This document shows positions 26,285-30,779 of a stretch of DNA of 30,779 bases, in pieces; position 1 is the first letter of the stretch; every line of letters begins with the position of its first letter. The DNA is from Bdellovibrionales bacterium (GTDB lineage: Bacteria; Bdellovibrionota; Bdellovibrionia; Bdellovibrionales; Bdellovibrionaceae), in NCBI GenBank assembly GCA_031370005.1, contig JANMPT010000061.1:1-30779 (forward strand). The letters run 5' to 3'. The notes beneath the pieces were generated by a model. That model saw only the letters and a list, made by a program, of their open reading frames with translations, did not search any database and was not told the origin of the DNA. Both the position numbers and the translations under genes were made by a program.

Positions 26285-27034
26285 CTAGGCTTCTGTTAGC
26301 GGCCCAGTAAGAGAGCCTCGTATAAACTGTTGAACACTCGGATTGGAATGATTTTTTGTTTCTGCTGGCGTTCCTGTAATGATCAGTTCCTGATCCATCA
26401 CTAGAGCTATGCGATTTGCAAGCTGATAAGCGCGATTTACATCATTCGTAATTGCAACAACTGTCGAATTATTTTTTTTCTGCAAATCTAAAATTAGCTC
26501 GATAATCTTTCGTGAGGTAATGGGGTCCAAGCCCGCAGTGGGATCATCATAAAAAATAATCTCGGGATTAAGAGCTAATGCTCTAGCTATCCCGAGACGT
26601 TTTTGCATACCGCCACTAATTTCGTCAGGATAAAGAAATTTTGCATGAGCAATTCCCACGGCCTCAAGAAAAACATCGACCTTCGTTTGGATTTCATCGG
26701 AGGCAAGATCTGTCGCCTCTCTTAGAGGAAATCCAATATTTTCGCCGCAGGTGAGTGAGTCAAACAGTGCATTTTTTTGAAAAAGCATTCCAAGTTTTTT
26801 AAGGGTCTTAAGACGCTCGTTGCCGCCAAGCGTTGACCAATCTTGCTGATTGATAAAAACCTTACCTTTTCGAGGAGTTATCAATCCGGCCATGGTTTTC
26901 AAAAGTGTCGTTTTTCCTTGGCCACTTGGGCCCATTAAGACGAAAACTTCACCTGCTGGAATTTCTATTGATATGTTTTTTAATACGACCTGCGAATCGA
27001 AGCCGACTTCAATCCCTTGTAGTTTCAAAGACAT
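26285..27034 (-). CDS. mlaF: MlaF-family ABC ATPase 1 (canonical signature, degenerate Walker B DD, H-loop Asn)
   Basis: GPSGQGKT, MLFQKNALFDSL, ISGGMQKR, IIFYDDPTAGLDP, AITND. Confidence 0.9.
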   Translation of the reverse strand: MSLKLQGIEVGFDSQVVLKNISIEIPAGEVFVLMGPSGQGKTTLLKTMAGLITPRKGKVFINQQDWSTLGGNERLKTLKKLGMLFQKNALFDSLTCGENIGFPLREATDLASDEIQTKVDVFLEAVGIAHAKFLYPDEISGGMQKRLGIARALALNPEIIFYDDPTAGLDPITSRKIIELILDLQKKNNSTVVAITNDVNRAYQLANRIALVMDQELIITGTPAETKNHSNPSVQQFIRGSLTGPLTEA

Positions 27035-27151
27035 AAATGCGATGACTCACCTCACTCGGACTTGTCTGAATACTCGATTTAAGATTGAATAAACCTCTGA
27101 AAGCAATCTAATTTTTAATCAGACACTCATTCTTAAATCTAAGGAGACATC

Positions 27152-28096
27152 ATGGCTCATAAAAGAAATAAAATCGCTGTTATTGGCGCTGGATTTGTAG
27201 GCTCAACAACGGCTCATTGGGCTGCGCAAAAGGAATTGGGCGATATTGTTATTCTCGATATCAACGAGGGGACGGCTATTGGTAAAGCACTAGACTTGAG
27301 CCAATCTGCCTCTATGGAGCTCTTTGATTCTCGCGTCACTGGAACCAGCAAATATGAAGATATCGCTGATGCTGATGTTGTCATCATCACGGCTGGTATG
27401 CCTCGCAAACCCGGAATGAGTCGCGATGAGCTTGTTGGCATCAACGCGAAAATCGTTAAAGACGTATGTGTCGGAGTTAAAAAATATGCTCCAAATTCAT
27501 TTGTAATTGTCGTTTGTAATCCAATGGATGTCATGGCGGTTTACGCAAAACAAATGCTCGGTTTCCCTCGTGAGCGCATCGTGGGCATGGGCGGATGCTT
27601 AGACTCCGCACGTTTTCGCGCTTTCATCGCCGAAGAACTTCATGTTTCTATAAAAGACGTGACCGCTATTGTTCTGGGCAATCACGGAGACGCGATGGTT
27701 CCAATGGTTAGGCTAGCCTCTGTTAGTGGAGTTCCGCTAATGGACTTGATGCCTGCTGACAAAATCGCAGCGATTGTTGCCCGAACCAAAACTGCTGGCG
27801 CTGAAATTGGTGGCCACTTAAAAACAGGCTCTGCATTCTATGCTCCGTCTCGTGGTGCAGTTGAAATGGCAGAGGCTGTCTTGAAAGATCAAAAACGCGT
27901 TCTTCCTGTGGCCGTTGAGCTCAATGGCGAGTTTGGCGTTTCTGACAAATTAATGGTCGGCGTTCTGGCTCGTCTTGGTGGCAAGGGAATGGAAGGCATC
28001 GTCGATATTAAAATGAATGCGGATGAAAAAACAGAGTTTGATAAATCTGTCGAAGCCGTTCGCACTCTTGTCTCCGCGCTCAAAAACATACAATAA
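27152..28096 (+). CDS. mdh: Malate dehydrogenase (LDH-like)
   Basis: IGAGFVG, TAGMPRKPGMSRDEL, LDSARFR, GNHGD; upstream of sucCD. Confidence 0.96.
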   Translation: MAHKRNKIAVIGAGFVGSTTAHWAAQKELGDIVILDINEGTAIGKALDLSQSASMELFDSRVTGTSKYEDIADADVVIITAGMPRKPGMSRDELVGINAKIVKDVCVGVKKYAPNSFVIVVCNPMDVMAVYAKQMLGFPRERIVGMGGCLDSARFRAFIAEELHVSIKDVTAIVLGNHGDAMVPMVRLASVSGVPLMDLMPADKIAAIVARTKTAGAEIGGHLKTGSAFYAPSRGAVEMAEAVLKDQKRVLPVAVELNGEFGVSDKLMVGVLARLGGKGMEGIVDIKMNADEKTEFDKSVEAVRTLVSALKNIQ

Positions 28097-28129
28097 ACTG
28101 TCGCGTAATTAATTGAAAGGCACTCGTAA

Positions 28130-29293
28130 ATGAATATCCATGAGTATCAAGCCAAAGAAATTTTGAGAAAATTCGGCGTCGCAACCTTAAAAGGCAGAGT
28201 TGCTCACTCTCCTGAGGAGGCGATCGCAGCAGCCAAAGAGATGGATGGGGCTCTGTGGGTTGTAAAAGCTCAAATCCACGCTGGCGGCCGCGGCAAAGGC
28301 GGCGGCGTTAAGCTTGCAAAAAGCCTAGATGAAGTTGGTGCCCTTACGAAAAAAATGATCGGCATGACCTTGATAACCCATCAGACCGGCCCCGAAGGTA
28401 AGGTTGTGCAAAAGGTTTTCATCGAACAAGGCTGTAATATCGTCAAAGAATACTATGTCGCTTGCTTAATTGACCGGGCTACGGGAAGAGCCGCGATGAT
28501 GGCCTCATCAGAGGGCGGTATGGATATCGAAGAGGTCGCTGAACACAATCCCACTGCGATTAAAAAAGTCGACATTGACCCAACGATTGGTTTGGCTCCT
28601 TTCCAAGCTAGGGAATTGGCCTTCCAAATCGGCATGCCACCAGAATACGTCAATAAAGCCGTAAAATTCTTTCTTGGTCTATACAATGCCTTTGTAACTA
28701 CTGACTGCTCTATTGCCGAAATCAACCCACTTGTAATCACCAAGGAAGGCGACGTTCTGTGTTTAGATGCAAAGATGAATTTCGATTCAAATGCCTTGTA
28801 CAGACACGAAGATATCGTCGAGATGCGCGATTTAAATGAAGAAGAGCCTTCTGAAATCGAAGCCTCCAAGTATGATCTGGCTTTCATCAAACTCAATGGC
28901 AACATTGGCTGCTTAGTAAACGGCGCAGGTCTGGCGATGGCAACTTTAGATATCATTAAGCTTCATGGGGCAGAGCCTGCAAACTTCTTGGATGTTGGCG
29001 GTGGAGCCAACAAAGAGAAAGTAACAGCGGCTTTTAAAATCATTCTTAAAGATCCAAATGTAAAAGGCATCTTAGTCAATATTTTCGGCGGCATCATGAA
29101 ATGTGACATCATTGCCGACGGTGTGATCTCGGCCTCGAAAGAGTTAGGCCTAAAGGTTCCCCTCGTTGTCCGCCTTGAGGGAACAAATGTAGAGCTCGGC
29201 AAAAAAATGTTGCGCGAAAGTGGCTTGAATATTACTCCTGCAGATAATCTAACCGATGCGGCAAAAAAAATAGTTGCTGCTGTAAAAGGATAA
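28130..29293 (+). CDS. sucC: Succinyl-CoA synthetase beta subunit
   Basis: [43 protein letters not shown]. Confidence 0.99.
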   Translation: MNIHEYQAKEILRKFGVATLKGRVAHSPEEAIAAAKEMDGALWVVKAQIHAGGRGKGGGVKLAKSLDEVGALTKKMIGMTLITHQTGPEGKVVQKVFIEQGCNIVKEYYVACLIDRATGRAAMMASSEGGMDIEEVAEHNPTAIKKVDIDPTIGLAPFQARELAFQIGMPPEYVNKAVKFFLGLYNAFVTTDCSIAEINPLVITKEGDVLCLDAKMNFDSNALYRHEDIVEMRDLNEEEPSEIEASKYDLAFIKLNGNIGCLVNGAGLAMATLDIIKLHGAEPANFLDVGGGANKEKVTAAFKIILKDPNVKGILVNIFGGIMKCDIIADGVISASKELGLKVPLVVRLEGTNVELGKKMLRESGLNITPADNLTDAAKKIVAAVKG

Positions 29294-29298
29294 TCGAC

Positions 29299-30168
29299 AT
29301 GGCAATTTTAATTGATAAAAACACAAAAGTTATTTGCCAAGGTTTCACTGGGACACAAGGGACTTTTCACTCTGAACAAGCTGTGGCCTATGGAACAAAA
29401 ATGGTCGGAGGAGTAACTCCAGGTAAGGGCGGAACAACCCACATTGGGCTTCCTGTATTCAACACCGTAAAAGAGGCCAAGGCGGCCACCGGATGCAATG
29501 CATCCGTTATTTTTGTTCCGCCGCCATTTGCTGCGGACTCAATCATGGAAGCTGTAGACGCAGATTTGGATCTTGTAATCTGTATTACTGAGGGCATTCC
29601 CGTCCTTGACATGGTTAAAGTAAAAAAATTCATGCAGGGCAAGCGCACTCGCCTAATTGGTCCAAATTGTCCGGGTGTTATTACTCCTGGCGCGTGCAAA
29701 ATCGGCATCATGCCTGGTTCTATCCACAAACCCGGTCGCATCGGCGTTCTTTCTCGCTCCGGAACTTTGACCTACGAAGCCGTTGGGCAATTGACGGCCT
29801 TGGGCCTTGGCCAGTCTACGGCTGTCGGTATTGGCGGCGATCCCGTGAATGGAACAAATTTCATCGACGTCTTGAAATTATTCAATGAAGATCCAGACAC
29901 AGATGCCGTGATCATGATCGGTGAGATCGGCGGAACCGCCGAAGAAGAAGCCGCAGAATACATCAAAAAATATTTCAAAAAACCAGTAACGGCCTTTATT
30001 GCCGGAGCCGCCGCGCCTGCAGGAAAACGCATGGGTCATGCTGGCGCAATCATCAGCGGCGGCAAAGGAACCGCAGAGGCCAAGTTCGCCGCCCTAGAGG
30101 CTGCTGGCTGTAAAATCTCAAGAAGCCCGGCTGATATGGGCACAACTTTGAAGTCGATGCTGAAATAG
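29299..30168 (+). CDS. sucD: Succinyl-CoA synthetase alpha subunit
   Basis: [33 protein letters not shown]. Confidence 0.99.
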   Translation: MAILIDKNTKVICQGFTGTQGTFHSEQAVAYGTKMVGGVTPGKGGTTHIGLPVFNTVKEAKAATGCNASVIFVPPPFAADSIMEAVDADLDLVICITEGIPVLDMVKVKKFMQGKRTRLIGPNCPGVITPGACKIGIMPGSIHKPGRIGVLSRSGTLTYEAVGQLTALGLGQSTAVGIGGDPVNGTNFIDVLKLFNEDPDTDAVIMIGEIGGTAEEEAAEYIKKYFKKPVTAFIAGAAAPAGKRMGHAGAIISGGKGTAEAKFAALEAAGCKISRSPADMGTTLKSMLK

Positions 30169-30197
30169 GGCGTTTCATTTTGTGAAAGAGAGCTCCC

Positions 30198-30428
30198 TTG
30201 AAAATATATTCTTACTTCCAAATGTCCATTGGGTGCGTTATCCTCGGACTTTCCGGATATCTCTTTGTCCACAATTCTAATGAAATTACTCAATCCCCTC
30301 CTGTTGTTGCGGTATGGGCTGTGATCTTTACCTCGTTGTTAGCCTTCATTTTTATCGCCAGTGGCATACTTTTACGATTTCATCTGCGCCTAAAAGCAGT
30401 AGAGTGCTCTAAGGAGGGAATGTCTTAG
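30198..30428 (+). CDS. Small hypothetical membrane protein (2 TM)
   Basis: TTG-start ORF with two hydrophobic segments; no recognised family. Confidence 0.4.
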   Translation: MKIYSYFQMSIGCVILGLSGYLFVHNSNEITQSPPVVAVWAVIFTSLLAFIFIASGILLRFHLRLKAVECSKEGMS

Positions 30429-30712
30429 ATCTTTGAGACCTTTCTAGAATAAGTCGGTTTTGTAACAGCCTTACCCCTCTCGCTACACTCCCAAAATAGC
30501 CGACAAGCCTTATATTGAGCCCTCAGCGCGCCAGAGGTCTACGCGCTGTAACTTAAAAATCTCAAAAAAACGCCTCGTTAAGCTCTAAACCCTGTTTAAA
30601 TTAAATATCCCGCTCAGCCTGCGAAGTCTGCGCGAATACCCAATAAAATTCATTATTTATAACAGAAACTAATTGTCATGTTTTAGCTCTTAAACTATAC
30701 TGCCCCAAATTT

Positions 30713-30779
30713 ATGACCAAACAAGCCAGCTTTTTTGACTACCACAAGATGAAAGAAACCAAAGCCAAATACGGCAGGA
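30713..30779 (+). CDS. Possible 5' fragment of a CDS running off the right edge (MTKQASFFDYHKMKETKAKYGR...)
   Basis: ATG at 30713 is open to the window end; TATACT -10-like hexamer at 30696-30701. Too short to assign. Confidence 0.3.
   Translation, partial: MTKQASFFDYHKMKETKAKYGR

Noticed and set aside
27214..30293. Minus-strand ORFs over mdh, sucC and sucD
   Set aside because: Shadow ORFs produced by codon bias in highly expressed genes.

Overview
A 30.8-kb bacterial chromosomal window. Gene order and protein style suggest Bdellovibrio-like Bdellovibrionota (inference, not searched). Left to right: (1) a secreted YD-repeat protein on the minus strand that runs off the left edge and is missing from the ORF track; it resembles a teneurin-like protein without the NHL propeller. 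(2) The conserved block rpsB-tsf-pyrH-frr-uppS-cdsA-rseP-tsaB, extended by a MinD/FlhG-like ATPase, a J-like/HTH protein lacking HPD, rluD and pgeF. (3) An accessory block next to tRNA-Phe: M48-like peptidase, DUF1254/DUF1214 protein, Zn phospholipase C, cupin, and a YefM/Phd-ParE/RelE toxin-antitoxin pair with a 12-bp-phased GTAC operator. (4) A minus-strand run of TadB-like, TadC-like, hypothetical, cystathionine beta-synthase and cystathionine gamma-lyase genes. (5) An unannotated 30-aa Lys/Ala/Thr histone-H1-like micro-protein with its own RBS and terminator. (6) An MCE/Mla-type ABC operon with two ATPases, two permeases, an MCE protein and a small outer-membrane beta-barrel. Its ATPase motifs predict one consensus and one degenerate nucleotide site. 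(7) mdh-sucC-sucD. No rRNA, CRISPR array or integrase is visible. Family assignments are from motif recognition only; no database search was run.
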